A DNA stretch of 64,000 nt, from sequence record MT446414.1; one strand, given 5' to 3'. Both the position numbers and the translations under genes were made by a program. Source of the DNA: Escherichia virus TH43. Positions within the stretch are counted from its first letter, which is position 1. Every line of letters begins with the position of its first letter. The notes beneath the pieces are model-generated. The model worked only from the letters and a program-made list of their open reading frames with translations. It did not search any database and was not told where the DNA came from. Below, piece after piece: positions 9,883 to 20,726 of this stretch.

Positions 9883-10932
9883 TTAGTTTGCCCCGAAGGC
9901 ACCTAGAACACCACCCAAAATATTACTCCCAGCTGTAGACAACCAGTTATTCTGATTACTCTGATTGGACAGGTTAGACCCACCGATCATAGGACCAGCC
10001 ATACCAGATTGACCACCCGAAGCATTATAAGAGTTCCAAGCATTCTGAGTTTGTTGACTAGGAGTGAAAGCACCCAATCTACCAGCAATACCTAGACCAG
10101 TCACTCCAGCACCGAGAATTTGCTGGGATGTGTTAGGAGAGGCTCCTTTATTAGTAATTGTATAACCAGCCATAGGGCTTACTGAGTTTAATACATTTAA
10201 TTGGTTGTTGAGTTGATTCCATCCGTACTGTTGACTACCAATAGCATTCTGCCAATTAAGGTCAGCTTGAGTCTGATCTTGCTGCTGCTGTAAGTTACCA
10301 GCAGTAAGTTGATTCTGGATAGCCTGTTGAGCTGCCTGAGTGCCTTGAGAGCCGAGGTTAAGGTTTTGTCCAGCCAACCCTGTTTGTGCGTTCAGAAGGC
10401 CTTGCTGGAAGGAACTGTTAGACCTTAAAGCGTCAACACCTAAGTTCTTACCAGAGATAGTACGAGACAGGTTGGTATTAGCAGAATTCAAAGCAGCACC
10501 CTGAGCAGCAGCCCTACGAAGAGACCCTGAATCAGAACCATTACCAAGAGATACGTTAGATGCAGCCTTTCCTGTTGCCTGAGCCAGTGCAGAACTGTTT
10601 AGACCAGAACTGAACTTGTTAACATCACTAGCACTGATTGAACTATTAGCCAAGTCTTGATATCTCTGAGCCAAAGTGTTCATCTGATCCAGACCTTGTT
10701 GTGTCCGAGGAGTATACATATTACTCAGTTGATTCAAGGTGGAAGAGTTAGCTAAGTTAGATAGAGCAGCTTGTTGGTTAGGGTTAAGGCCAGCTAGTTG
10801 CTGAGAAATAAATCCAGCATCATTGCTGTTCATATTCTGAGCATTAGCCACAATCTGTTTTAACAGAGCATCAACCTGAGAGGATGGAGCCACTGTAGTT
10901 TTAGTCTTAGAAGCAGACCCGAATAAAGACAT
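9883..10932 (-). CDS. Gln/Asn/Gly-rich virion protein, paralog 2
   Basis: Same composition and termini as 8905-9873; tandem paralog. Confidence 0.5.
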   Translation of the reverse strand: MSLFGSASKTKTTVAPSSQVDALLKQIVANAQNMNSNDAGFISQQLAGLNPNQQAALSNLANSSTLNQLSNMYTPRTQQGLDQMNTLAQRYQDLANSSISASDVNKFSSGLNSSALAQATGKAASNVSLGNGSDSGSLRRAAAQGAALNSANTNLSRTISGKNLGVDALRSNSSFQQGLLNAQTGLAGQNLNLGSQGTQAAQQAIQNQLTAGNLQQQQDQTQADLNWQNAIGSQQYGWNQLNNQLNVLNSVSPMAGYTITNKGASPNTSQQILGAGVTGLGIAGRLGAFTPSQQTQNAWNSYNASGGQSGMAGPMIGGSNLSNQSNQNNWLSTAGSNILGGVLGAFGAN

Positions 10933-10944
10933 ACGTCCTCCTTA

Positions 10945-11739
10945 TTATTTAATAACACCAACACTTGCCAAACGTCTAAGAACGGCTTGTGTCTGTGGGC
11001 TGTATTGAGAACCTGCTTGAGTTGGTGCATGTGCTCTCTGAACTGTTTGAGACTTAGGAGCCTTTCCTGCTAACATCGCAGCAGCAGCTAGTGCAGCATT
11101 ACCGAAGTTCTGTTGTGGTTTCTGATCTTCCCCAGCCTCTTCTGCATCGTCAGAATAGAACTCAGCAGGAGAACCTCCTAGAGCGCCTGTCTTAGCAGCA
11201 GCAATCTCAGCTTGAGTAGGAGCATTAGCAGCACCTTCTTTAGTAACCAACTCAGGAGAGAATTGGTTCACTGGCTGTGCTGATTGTAAAGCCCCAACAG
11301 GATTAGCCACCTGACCAGCAGCATCATTAGCTGTATAGAAAGGAAGGAAGTTCTTATTGTTCATAGAATCCAAGGCTTGAGGTGTAAACCCCTTCTTACC
11401 AGCGAACATTTGTTTTGCTCCACCAGTCCCTTCAGAGTATCCCACCATAGCTTTCTTCACATCACCATTAAAAGCTTTCAAATTATCACGAATATATCTA
11501 GCACCCATGTCAATGTTTTTGGCTGGGTCTAAACGATCTTCTAGTTTGTATCCATAGTCTTTAGCCAACCCTTTACTAATTTGCATTAAACCTACTGGCC
11601 CTGTACCTGATGCAACAGAAGGTCTACCACTAGACTCCCTCTGAATGACCGCATGGATAAGAGCAGCAGGAATGCCATACTTCTTAGAAGCTTGCTGGAC
11701 CATAGGGTCAAGCTCGGACACTCCCATGCGTATTGTCAT
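10945..11739 (-). CDS. lytic transglycosylase (SLT domain) virion protein
   Basis: SLT-like motif ESSGRPSVASGTGPVGLMQI near the N-terminus. Confidence 0.65.
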   Translation of the reverse strand: MTIRMGVSELDPMVQQASKKYGIPAALIHAVIQRESSGRPSVASGTGPVGLMQISKGLAKDYGYKLEDRLDPAKNIDMGARYIRDNLKAFNGDVKKAMVGYSEGTGGAKQMFAGKKGFTPQALDSMNNKNFLPFYTANDAAGQVANPVGALQSAQPVNQFSPELVTKEGAANAPTQAEIAAAKTGALGGSPAEFYSDDAEEAGEDQKPQQNFGNAALAAAAMLAGKAPKSQTVQRAHAPTQAGSQYSPQTQAVLRRLASVGVIK

Positions 11740-11751
11740 AAATCCTCCTTA

Positions 11752-12783
11752 TTATAGACCCGCAAAAACTTTAGCCGCATTTATTACCGGAATTGATATA
11801 TTAATGGCAGAGTTAGAACCTAGGTCATAATTGGTAGACCACTGGAACATATACCTACCATAGCCAGTACCTATAGAAGATCCTGTCATTACATGAGATC
11901 TCATTTGCTGATAGTACCAACCACTACCACTACCCCGAATAGCACCTACACCAGAGGAGAGTGGTATCATTGGGTATGCCATACCAGTATCACCTCCAGC
12001 AGAACCTACAAAATTATCAACAGTAAAAGGTGTTCTATTAGTAGAGAACACACACTGAGTTGTTCCGGGAGAATAAATATTTAATCCACCATTGTGCTCA
12101 GGAACTCCTGCTCCATTACAGAATACTGCGACCCTAGCAAATACAGAACCGCCTTCGTTAGAGTTTCCGTTATTATAAGATCTGTTCTGATATACACGGA
12201 TCACTCTATCTCCAGATGTATAAGAAAGGCCAACCCCTCCGTCAGACCAGTTAGCAAAGACTACAGCATTAGGCATATAAAACCCACCAATGTCAGGAAT
12301 CTGTAAAGCGCCGTTTATAGTCCCTTGCCAAGCCCAAATACACTGACCAACAACACCAGCATCAGAGATAGAGAAGTAATCAGCTGTATTAGAGAAGGTA
12401 ATACCATAATTTCTGTCAGCTCTTGGGTAGATTTGGTAAACGTTAAACCCACAATCAAACAGGGGGTTACTTCCGGGATTCTGGTTTAAGTTAACTCTGA
12501 AAGAGGAGTTATTCTCTACATAAATGTTATTAACACAATAAACATCAGGAACCAAGTTAGGAGGAACTTCCCACTGCCAGCACAGAGACCCAGTAGGGAC
12601 GATAATTATCTGACCGCTACCATCCCAACCATTAATAGGGAAAGATCTCCCACCCCCGTTAAAGTTGAAACTCCCACTAATAGAGTTCTTAATCTGAGGG
12701 AATGTACTCCCACTATCAATAAACAAAGGAGCCGGAGAGGCTGGCCCCGGTCCTACAGGTTGACACCATATTCCATATGCCAT
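11752..12783 (-). CDS. structural protein (tail-associated), 343 aa
   Basis: ORF in the tail module; no specific motif. Confidence 0.45.
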   Translation of the reverse strand: MAYGIWCQPVGPGPASPAPLFIDSGSTFPQIKNSISGSFNFNGGGRSFPINGWDGSGQIIIVPTGSLCWQWEVPPNLVPDVYCVNNIYVENNSSFRVNLNQNPGSNPLFDCGFNVYQIYPRADRNYGITFSNTADYFSISDAGVVGQCIWAWQGTINGALQIPDIGGFYMPNAVVFANWSDGGVGLSYTSGDRVIRVYQNRSYNNGNSNEGGSVFARVAVFCNGAGVPEHNGGLNIYSPGTTQCVFSTNRTPFTVDNFVGSAGGDTGMAYPMIPLSSGVGAIRGSGSGWYYQQMRSHVMTGSSIGTGYGRYMFQWSTNYDLGSNSAINISIPVINAAKVFAGL

Positions 12784-12784
12784 A

Positions 12785-13807
12785 TTACCAACTCCCTATT
12801 CTAATTCTCAAAGCACCACCACCGTCATAGAAATCAATCCTGTTACCATTCATCCACAGCTGTGCCCCACCTGTACCACCCATAACAAAATCCCCACCAA
12901 CTGTAAGTCTCCAGTTAGAACCACTCATAGAGCCAGCAGTAATCTTGTTAGCAGTAAGGTTAGCAATCTGTCCATCTTGAATCCACACGTTATCAATCTG
13001 AGCAAACTGGATTCGAGCATTAGCAATCTGAGCAGTTGTAATGTTGACATTCTTGATATCAGCGAATTCCATTCTAGCTCTACCACCTTCAAAAACAAAA
13101 GGAGTATTACCAGAGTTGCCATCACCAACAATAAACTTATTAGCCGTTACTTGGAATTGGCTGTTCGTGCCGTTGTTAGTTAGTTTAACACCAGCGTACT
13201 GACCATTAACAGAAGAGTTGACACCCCATGTAGCTTCGTAACTATCTAGTCTCATGTATTGAGAAAGAGAGTTCTGTACAGTAGTAACCTTACCATCCAC
13301 TTCGGCAATCTGAGTACCTTGAGCAGTAAGTTCTGTCTGAACTAAAGCAATCTCTTGTCCTTGTTCATTCACAATACCTTGTACTGTCTGAATCTTTAAA
13401 TCATTACCTTCAATAGAAGTTTTGAAACCTGCAACTGTACCATCTAGTTTAGTCGGAGGGTTAGTGCTTCTATCCCAAATATCTTCAGTAGAAAGATTAC
13501 CCATCTGTGTTTGGATATCAGCAATAGCTGTTTCAATCTCTGTAGTAATTCGGTTCTCAAGTTCATCAAACTGTAGGTTCATTGCATTAAGAGCTTTAAT
13601 ACGAACATCTATCTCTTCATGAATCTCGTCGATTGCTTGGAACATCTGGTTAGTTGCTGTACTGACTTTCTGTAATTCATCATAAACTGCAACGTTGTAT
13701 TTATCCGTATCCTCTACATTGTTTAGAAACCCAACGTTGTAGGGAAGTGTGGTGTTGTTTCTTCCAGTATTCTTACGAAAACCTCCAGCACCCATAAGTA
13801 CCTCCAA
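12785..13807 (-). CDS. tail fibre-like protein, 340 aa
   Basis: N-terminal coiled-coil segment followed by Gly/Asn-rich C-terminal region; tail-module position. Confidence 0.45.
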   Translation of the reverse strand: MEVLMGAGGFRKNTGRNNTTLPYNVGFLNNVEDTDKYNVAVYDELQKVSTATNQMFQAIDEIHEEIDVRIKALNAMNLQFDELENRITTEIETAIADIQTQMGNLSTEDIWDRSTNPPTKLDGTVAGFKTSIEGNDLKIQTVQGIVNEQGQEIALVQTELTAQGTQIAEVDGKVTTVQNSLSQYMRLDSYEATWGVNSSVNGQYAGVKLTNNGTNSQFQVTANKFIVGDGNSGNTPFVFEGGRARMEFADIKNVNITTAQIANARIQFAQIDNVWIQDGQIANLTANKITAGSMSGSNWRLTVGGDFVMGGTGGAQLWMNGNRIDFYDGGGALRIRIGSW

Positions 13808-13844
13808 TTATAAACAATAAAAGGGAGCCGAAGCTCCCTAGTTG

Positions 13845-16800
13845 TTATCTTCGACCGCCAACAGCAAACTCTATGGTTAAACCATTCATAGACGCATTAC
13901 TGTTAACATCATTATCTATAACATTATAGAATAGGTATGGATGGTTCAGTCTGACTGCTACGTGACGATCTACACCAACCCTAAACTCTTTAGTAGAATG
14001 GTTGTGTCCATACTCGTTAGAGAATTGACTACCACCTGCTTCAAAAGTATAAGTCCCTGTTCCTGTTACTTGAGGTCTAAATCGGTTAATGTGTTTCTGA
14101 TTCCATTCATTAGTGACGTTATCAAAATCAATCCCCGTTCTCTCTAGTCTCATTTCCAGAGGCTTCTCTATAACCACATCATTTGTTCTGTCATAGATAT
14201 AATCCAAAGCTCCTATATCAACTTGGTAGAATCCTTTCAAGAAAGAACCTATGATTGTAACTCTCTGACGGAAGTTAGTTGCATCTTTTCTCCACACCAG
14301 TTTGTCAATCGAAGGGTCATCCCAAGTGATCTCTTGGAAATCAGCCCAGATAGGACCACGTTCCAGAACCGGAGGATCAACCAGACCAATACAGTAAGAG
14401 TAAGGAATCGTACGGAAAGACCAAGTATCGAACTCATAATTCCATACTGCTGCTTTAGTACAGGCAAAACTTTCCTTAGGCTCACCCGGACCTACATAAA
14501 GAACCCATACTTCTTTCTTATCCTGATGAAGATGAACTCGTGTAGCAATTGGGTTCACCAGACAAATCTCATTAATGAGCATGTTCTTCACTCGGTTAGA
14601 AGCAATAGATTTCTTAGAAGCACCATTGTGCAGAATGACGTCGTTCTGAGTTACCACAAAGTGACCACCTTCAACTTCCACCACACACTCAGGAGCAAGT
14701 ATCCCTGAATCATTAAACAGCTTTTTAAACATCAAAGGCTGATATGTGTTGTTAGTAGGAGAGCCGATATAAGTTTCAAACTCAGTGTAAACGAACAGAT
14801 AATCTTTCAGAGGAAGAACATCTAACAAACTACCATTAGAGTCAGCCAAATCAATATATCCTGCATAACCATTCTCAAGAGCTTCTGTCTGTCCTACGAT
14901 GTTAGCTGCTAGGTCAGAACTCACTGCTCGGTCATATGCATAATCATCCCAAAGCTGAGGGGCTTTGTTTTCCTCTGCAAAGTTAGACCAACGCAAACGA
15001 AGAGGGTAGTGAGTAGTAACACCAGAGGCATTAGACTCTCTCATATTCAGAGCAAACAGTCTATTGTTAAAAGCTCTCACTCGTTCACATTTCCAGTTAT
15101 ACTTCTTAACAGAAGGATTACCATCTGCATCAACAACCGTCTGCTCACCCCATCCCGGAAGGTCAGTGAAGTATTCAGAATCGAATTCCTTAACCTGAGG
15201 AGTTTCGTAGTGAGTAGTTGCTACTGCACAGTTAGAGATGATCGCATGATACCAAGGATAATCTTCAAACGCATCATAGTCTTTCTGAACCATCTGGCTT
15301 ACAGTACAAGTCACTTTAACCTCACCCTTACGAATAGCAGTAAGTTTCAAAGTTGAGTTAGTTGTAGAAGTAGTAGAAACATAACCACTCTTATCAACTG
15401 TCCACTTGTAAGTATAGCTTCCAGTAGGAGATGCTGTAGCTGTGATAACAATCTCTTCACCTACATCAAGAGAGGCATCAATAACATCAAGAGTAACTCC
15501 AGTCAAAGGTGGATCATTAGCAAGCATTGCTGCTCTACCAAAACCTTCCAAGTCCATGACGTTAGAGTAGTCGTAGAAGTTGTTTCCTTCCGCCATCCCT
15601 GTTGTATCAATGCCAATTGTATCAGCGTCAAAATAAGTAACTTCTTCTGACTCAACAATTGGTTCTTCTACAGGAGCTTCTGTAGTGATAGTCATTGCTG
15701 ACATAGCCCTACTTGCCAGACGAGAAGATAAATCAACACGTACAGTACAAACTGCTGAACGACCTCCTTCCGCTGTAACTGCTGTAATCTCTGTATACCC
15801 CGCAAGCAATCCAGTTATTGTAGCTTCTGTACCTGTACCACTTACTGTAGCAATGTTGGTGTTAGAAGAAGTCCAAGTGATCGTTTGGTTGGGTGCGTTA
15901 GCTGGACTAACTGTTGCAGTTAAGATGTACTGAGTACCACGACTCATTTGAATATCTGTCTGACTTAATGTGATGCTATCAATTTGAGGTATTGCTGTTA
16001 CTGTACAAGATGCAGTCTTTGTTCCATTATCAGCAGTTATAGTTACCTGTCCTTCTCCAAGAGCTGTAAGAACAACTGTCTTTGTATTAGCATTAGGAGA
16101 AACAGAAACTAAGGATGGGTTAGAGGAAGACCAAGTTACAGACGGTTTGCCTGTAATTGCTGTAAGGGTTGATGTACCACCTTTACGCACAGTCAAAGTG
16201 TCTTGGCTCAAATAGATACCTGAATCACTATCAAGGATGTTAACTGCAATCTGAGCTGAGATAGATTCATCAGATGTGCTCACTGTCACAACTAAATTAC
16301 CTTCAACAGACTTAGAAGTTAGGGTAGCCTTCTTGGAGTCAGTAGGGTCAACTTCAATACTACCATAAGAAGAGTTGCTTACTTCCCAAACTAGATTAGC
16401 ATTTTGAGCATCTGTAGGGGTGACTTCAACTTCGAGAATCTTGGTCTGGTTAAAATTCATAGATACAGAAGTCTCTTTAGGAACAATATTTGAGACTACT
16501 GGATAAATCTTAATTGTCGCTGATGCTTTCTTTGTCGCTGTAGCAACCTTACGGCTGATATCAGTTAAACTCTCGTCGGTAAGTTTATACAGTTTCTTAT
16601 CTGTACCTACCACAAGAAAGCTATTACCTGCGCTATAATAATCGAAAGGCATTGAAAGGAATGAGAGAGGAGTCAGATCTTTATCTTCGTCTACATAAGA
16701 AAGAGGGGCATTGCCCCCCGTCTTAAAGACTCTCTGCTCAACAAACCGAGCATTAATAGCGTTAGTGAAAGCATTTGGTGCTAAGTCAGTAGGTGCTTGG

Positions 16801-16850
16801 TCAGCGATAACCCCAACTGCGCCTAGTGATTTAATTGGATAGAGAGCCAT
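13845..16850 (-). CDS. tail protein with Ig-like (Big_2-type) repeats, 1001 aa
   Basis: Repeated Thr/Ser/Val-rich ~80-aa segments resembling bacterial Ig-like domains. Confidence 0.55.
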   Translation of the reverse strand: MALYPIKSLGAVGVIADQAPTDLAPNAFTNAINARFVEQRVFKTGGNAPLSYVDEDKDLTPLSFLSMPFDYYSAGNSFLVVGTDKKLYKLTDESLTDISRKVATATKKASATIKIYPVVSNIVPKETSVSMNFNQTKILEVEVTPTDAQNANLVWEVSNSSYGSIEVDPTDSKKATLTSKSVEGNLVVTVSTSDESISAQIAVNILDSDSGIYLSQDTLTVRKGGTSTLTAITGKPSVTWSSSNPSLVSVSPNANTKTVVLTALGEGQVTITADNGTKTASCTVTAIPQIDSITLSQTDIQMSRGTQYILTATVSPANAPNQTITWTSSNTNIATVSGTGTEATITGLLAGYTEITAVTAEGGRSAVCTVRVDLSSRLASRAMSAMTITTEAPVEEPIVESEEVTYFDADTIGIDTTGMAEGNNFYDYSNVMDLEGFGRAAMLANDPPLTGVTLDVIDASLDVGEEIVITATASPTGSYTYKWTVDKSGYVSTTSTTNSTLKLTAIRKGEVKVTCTVSQMVQKDYDAFEDYPWYHAIISNCAVATTHYETPQVKEFDSEYFTDLPGWGEQTVVDADGNPSVKKYNWKCERVRAFNNRLFALNMRESNASGVTTHYPLRLRWSNFAEENKAPQLWDDYAYDRAVSSDLAANIVGQTEALENGYAGYIDLADSNGSLLDVLPLKDYLFVYTEFETYIGSPTNNTYQPLMFKKLFNDSGILAPECVVEVEGGHFVVTQNDVILHNGASKKSIASNRVKNMLINEICLVNPIATRVHLHQDKKEVWVLYVGPGEPKESFACTKAAVWNYEFDTWSFRTIPYSYCIGLVDPPVLERGPIWADFQEITWDDPSIDKLVWRKDATNFRQRVTIIGSFLKGFYQVDIGALDYIYDRTNDVVIEKPLEMRLERTGIDFDNVTNEWNQKHINRFRPQVTGTGTYTFEAGGSQFSNEYGHNHSTKEFRVGVDRHVAVRLNHPYLFYNVIDNDVNSNASMNGLTIEFAVGGRR

Positions 16851-16859
16851 GCTACCTCC

Positions 16860-17663
16860 TTAGCTAATACGTCTCCAAATATGTGCTGCTCGGAATGGCG
16901 GTAATGTGTTGATAGGCTGACGAGAAATGTCATCATAACCAAAACTAACAGAACCTGAGATTGAGTGTGAGTGAGTGTTTGTGTCAGTTACTTGAGTATA
17001 ACCACCACCCGGACTATACCAGTTAGGGCTGCTGTTATGACCACTAGCATCCCCTCGGCCCATCGTAATGTTATGTGCGTGAGAGTAGGAGCTAACTTGG
17101 AAACTAGAACCATTGATTGTAGTTAGAGGCATATTCTCAGTACGAACTGTATTAAACACACGACCACCTGTACCGCCTGCTTGGAACTCAACACGCTGGG
17201 CGTTAGGAACAGACCCATCGGGGTTGACAACACCAGTACCCATAACAACACCAGTAACTTTAGCCCAAGAGCCAAAGCCGAGAGAGCTAGAATCACCGGG
17301 GTTGATATCTTCTTCAGTGATGTAGTAAGCACCAATACGATACAGCTTGTTCTGCATCCAATTCAACATGAAAGCTTCCATCTGACCTTTGGTTACAGCG
17401 TCTTTATCACCAGTGCCCGGAGTCAGGTTTTTAATCATCAGATTACCAACATCCATAGCATCGCCAGTAAAAGTGATTTTCTCTGACAAAGCCTTAAAAG
17501 ATTCAGAAGAAAGGTTCACTGGTTCAGTAATGTTAGGGAATGTGTTAATCAAGACTTGTTTGATAAGGCGGAGTTGAGCCGCCCCTTCATAAATATAATC
17601 CCTGTCACGAGGGTACAGGGGGTTTAAATCGGTAGTGACTACCGCTGTAGTTTCAATAGCCAA
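16860..17663 (-). CDS. tail fibre / collar-domain protein
   Basis: Gly-rich C-terminal half with SLGFGSWAK and NTLPPFRAAHIW, reminiscent of tail-collar domains. Confidence 0.45.
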   Translation of the reverse strand: MAIETTAVVTTDLNPLYPRDRDYIYEGAAQLRLIKQVLINTFPNITEPVNLSSESFKALSEKITFTGDAMDVGNLMIKNLTPGTGDKDAVTKGQMEAFMLNWMQNKLYRIGAYYITEEDINPGDSSSLGFGSWAKVTGVVMGTGVVNPDGSVPNAQRVEFQAGGTGGRVFNTVRTENMPLTTINGSSFQVSSYSHAHNITMGRGDASGHNSSPNWYSPGGGYTQVTDTNTHSHSISGSVSFGYDDISRQPINTLPPFRAAHIWRRIS

Positions 17664-17675
17664 AAGGCACCTCCA

Positions 17676-18167
17676 TTAGTATTTACCTGTGGTGTATAGG
17701 TCTGCTTCTGCAACCCTTCGGTTGTGAAGTCCCGGACTCTGTTGTTTTACACCTCTGACTGTTATTTTATCCCAACGGAGGAATTCAGAATAAACATCAC
17801 CCTTCACATCTCCGTTAATAACTTTCCTAAGTTTAGAAGTTGATAAAGCCCCACCACCAACGTTGAAATTGAAAGAGGTGAGAGCATCAAACTCGTGGGT
17901 TAACAAAGGAACCCTAATATTTTTCTGAGTAGCACGAACAGAGTCTTGTGTGTCTCTATCTAGCAGAGCTAGACAATCCTCTATAGAATACGTTAATCCC
18001 TGTCTAACTGGATACCCATTCATATCGCGCGTAGCCCCAACACATATCGTCCAGATACCTGCGGAATCTCGGTAAGCACGAGTTCTCATACCTTCATGCT
18101 TCATGATGAATTCCATCCCTTCTGGGCTTAAGCTCAGTTGTATCGGTGGCAATGCGACATTATCCAT
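17676..18167 (-). CDS. lysozyme (glycoside hydrolase family 24-like endolysin)
   Basis: HEGMRTRAYRDSAGIWTICVGAT matches the catalytic E ... D ... T region of T4-type lysozymes. Confidence 0.75.
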   Translation of the reverse strand: MDNVALPPIQLSLSPEGMEFIMKHEGMRTRAYRDSAGIWTICVGATRDMNGYPVRQGLTYSIEDCLALLDRDTQDSVRATQKNIRVPLLTHEFDALTSFNFNVGGGALSTSKLRKVINGDVKGDVYSEFLRWDKITVRGVKQQSPGLHNRRVAEADLYTTGKY

Positions 18168-18197
18168 TTTTCACCTCCCTTTCCAGTCAGCCCTAAA

Positions 18198-18416
18198 TTA
18201 CTGAAGCATATTTCTCAGAGCACTAGAATCAGAGTCCGGACAAATAACCACAAGATTATTTTGAATTGTACGCTGCTTACATAATGCACTCAATTTCTCA
18301 ATTGGTGCAGGTTGTGTTACCAGAGGATGCACTGCGTTAACAGGAACAGCCACTGACACAGCAAAACCGGTAGCAACACAAGCTAGCCCATAACTGATTT
18401 GTTTCATCATTTTCAT
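18198..18416 (-). CDS. small secreted / membrane-anchored protein (possible lysis accessory)
   Basis: N-terminal hydrophobic signal-like segment; adjacent to the lysozyme gene. Confidence 0.4.
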   Translation of the reverse strand: MKMMKQISYGLACVATGFAVSVAVPVNAVHPLVTQPAPIEKLSALCKQRTIQNNLVVICPDSDSSALRNMLQ

Positions 18417-18487
18417 CTTTGTATCTCCTATGTGTATTCCTTTTGTGATATAGTAGTTTCATTACTTCTTGAACATACTCACTACTA

Positions 18488-18508
18488 AAGCCCCCCGAAG
18501 GGGCTATT
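18488..18508 (-). terminator. GC-rich hairpin (putative terminator or stability element) after the tail-spike gene
   Basis: AGCCCC ... GGGGCT stem with 4-nt loop just 3' of the stop at 18512; weak U-tract. Confidence 0.4.
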
Positions 18509-18511
18509 AGA

Positions 18512-20686
18512 TTACTTCTCTGCTAACTTAGCTTCCAACAACTCAATACGCTTAAGCAAATCTTGAACAACCTGCATGGTATCTAAAAGCATCGGAGTTG
18601 CATCCAACTCTTTCTGTTCCTGCTCTACCCCATCGTTGCCATGGAAGTTACGAGTCTTAACATAAAGAGGTTCAACTTTCTCTGCCTGTTGTGCAATGAT
18701 ACCACGACGAGTTCTTCCTTGTTCATCGTTGTTGTACACAAACGATTTGAAATCCAAACCTTTTATCGCACGAATTGCTTCATCAGGTGAGATATCTTGG
18801 ATGTTATGTTTCAACCTTTCATCAGATACAGGATTCATAGCAAGAGTATAAGTTCCAGCGGAACCGGGCTGCCATGTGTAATAGAAAATCTCATTTCTGT
18901 TTGGTCGAAGGGTTAAACGACAACCGTACTTGTTGTCTTCATTCCCCGAAATATGCCAGCAGGAGTCAGCAAAAGTTCCATTATCATTATGAATCATACC
19001 AATGTGAGTTGAGGTTTTATACCCACCACTAGATGATTGAGCTGCACTCAGTATAGAATTGAAAGAGTAGGTATTTCCTATTGCTTGATTGTCTATAGAG
19101 AAGGTGCCTTTTTTGAATCCAGTCTCATTCCAACCCATCGATGTCCCAAACCGAGCAACATATCTATCAGAGTTCAGGGTTCCAGAATCGTCAAAAGCTA
19201 ATTGCTTAGTAACTCCTTTGGTTTTATTATAAACATTGATAATCCCATAATAAGCTCCGTCGATATAAGCATCAGTTTGGAGCGTAGTAGAAGCCTCTAC
19301 TTCTGAACCAATTTTATATTCAGCAACAACAGAACCACTAGAAGCTCTGGTTCCACCAGCAGGGCGATTTGCATCACTGTTAATAACACTCCAAGAAGTG
19401 TTAGCAGCAGTAAAACCGCCATTAGCACGGATAGTCCAAACACCTATAAAGTTACGAGGTATTACGTTTGATGTAATTCCATATCTACCATAGGTAGGAT
19501 CAGATTGATTAGCATCAAAACGAATGTTAGTATAAAGACCAGCCCCTCCACTAACAGGCCATACACCTTGAGTTGATGTGGTTGAAGTGAAAGCTCCATC
19601 AGTTGCCACCTGTCCTTGAGAGCTCGCCGCTGTTAGCAGGGTATGTGCGGTATAGCCCACGATATTAGGAAGAGCTGCATCATACATCATACCGTTATTA
19701 GAAGAATTACCACCGTCGCCACGGGCAAACAATTCTTTAAGAGACCCTGCTTGTACGCCGTTTCTATCCGGAACCCTGAAAGTGGTTGTACCATCACCAG
19801 TAGAGTATTTACCCCTCTGCTGTGCATCCGCCAACCAAGCAGCGTCACTGATTGGAGTTAAGAGTTGAGCATAAGCCCATAAATCTGGGTAGTCAGCGCG
19901 ATTCAAAAGCTGTCCATCAGAGACTACCTCAAAAGCGGGGATGAAAGCACGACTGTCACGTAGGTGAAAATCACCAATACCAAAGTTAGAAATACCACTC
20001 ATGGTAGGACCACCAGAACCACCACTATTACGAAGCTGTCTCAAAGTTACTGCATCATAATCACCTACAGCATCTGCAACAGTTACTGGTTGAGTGAAGG
20101 TTACTTTCTGAGTCATCTGAGTTATATCAGAGTTAATGCCAGTACGAGTTACACCAATAGTGCGACCCTTGGAATCCTTAACATATGAACCAATAGCTGC
20201 AAAAGGGAGTTCATCAATCTCAGGACGATAGCGTTTGGAGTAGATAGGATATTTAGTTTCTACACCACCGTCATTCAAATCTACAACCTGAAGACGACCA
20301 GCAGTGTGAACTTCTACTCCCTGAACAGAAGAAGCGTAGCTACCGATTTTGATAGTGTTCTCTGGTGTAACTTTAATCATATCGACAGACTCTACACCAT
20401 TAGCCCCAGCAGCGCGGAATGGTACATCGTTAGCTACAAAAGGGTCAGATTTAAACAGAGCACCTTCCATAATAGGAGCAATAGAGTCTGCAACATAAAC
20501 CTTAGTAGCACCTTCAGTTTTTGTCATATAGGTGTTTTCAGCTGCAGTCTTCTGTAAATATTTATTAGTTAGGTCGATAGCGCCAGCAACACCATCAACA
20601 GTTGAGACACCCACCACCGCAGCATCTCGGTTAATAACAACATGAGGCATCATTATGCCAGATTTGGGCATTAATTCTCTAGACAT
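18512..20686 (-). CDS. tail spike / fibre with C-terminal peptidase S74-type chaperone domain
   Basis: C-terminal DERLKHNIQDI ... GLDFKSFVYN segment typical of the self-cleaving chaperone of endosialidase-type tail spikes; start moved to ATG 20686 preceded by AAGGAG. Confidence 0.7.
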   Translation of the reverse strand: MSRELMPKSGIMMPHVVINRDAAVVGVSTVDGVAGAIDLTNKYLQKTAAENTYMTKTEGATKVYVADSIAPIMEGALFKSDPFVANDVPFRAAGANGVESVDMIKVTPENTIKIGSYASSVQGVEVHTAGRLQVVDLNDGGVETKYPIYSKRYRPEIDELPFAAIGSYVKDSKGRTIGVTRTGINSDITQMTQKVTFTQPVTVADAVGDYDAVTLRQLRNSGGSGGPTMSGISNFGIGDFHLRDSRAFIPAFEVVSDGQLLNRADYPDLWAYAQLLTPISDAAWLADAQQRGKYSTGDGTTTFRVPDRNGVQAGSLKELFARGDGGNSSNNGMMYDAALPNIVGYTAHTLLTAASSQGQVATDGAFTSTTSTQGVWPVSGGAGLYTNIRFDANQSDPTYGRYGITSNVIPRNFIGVWTIRANGGFTAANTSWSVINSDANRPAGGTRASSGSVVAEYKIGSEVEASTTLQTDAYIDGAYYGIINVYNKTKGVTKQLAFDDSGTLNSDRYVARFGTSMGWNETGFKKGTFSIDNQAIGNTYSFNSILSAAQSSSGGYKTSTHIGMIHNDNGTFADSCWHISGNEDNKYGCRLTLRPNRNEIFYYTWQPGSAGTYTLAMNPVSDERLKHNIQDISPDEAIRAIKGLDFKSFVYNNDEQGRTRRGIIAQQAEKVEPLYVKTRNFHGNDGVEQEQKELDATPMLLDTMQVVQDLLKRIELLEAKLAEK

Positions 20687-20700
20687 TAAAATCTCCTTAA

Positions 20701-20717
20701 AGCTCCCCGAAGGGAGC
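20701..20717 (-). terminator. hairpin between the tail-fibre and tail-spike genes
   Basis: GCTCCC cgaa GGGAGC stem-loop followed on the - strand by T-run, then RBS and ATG of the spike gene. Confidence 0.45.
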
Positions 20718-20726
20718 ATATATTAT

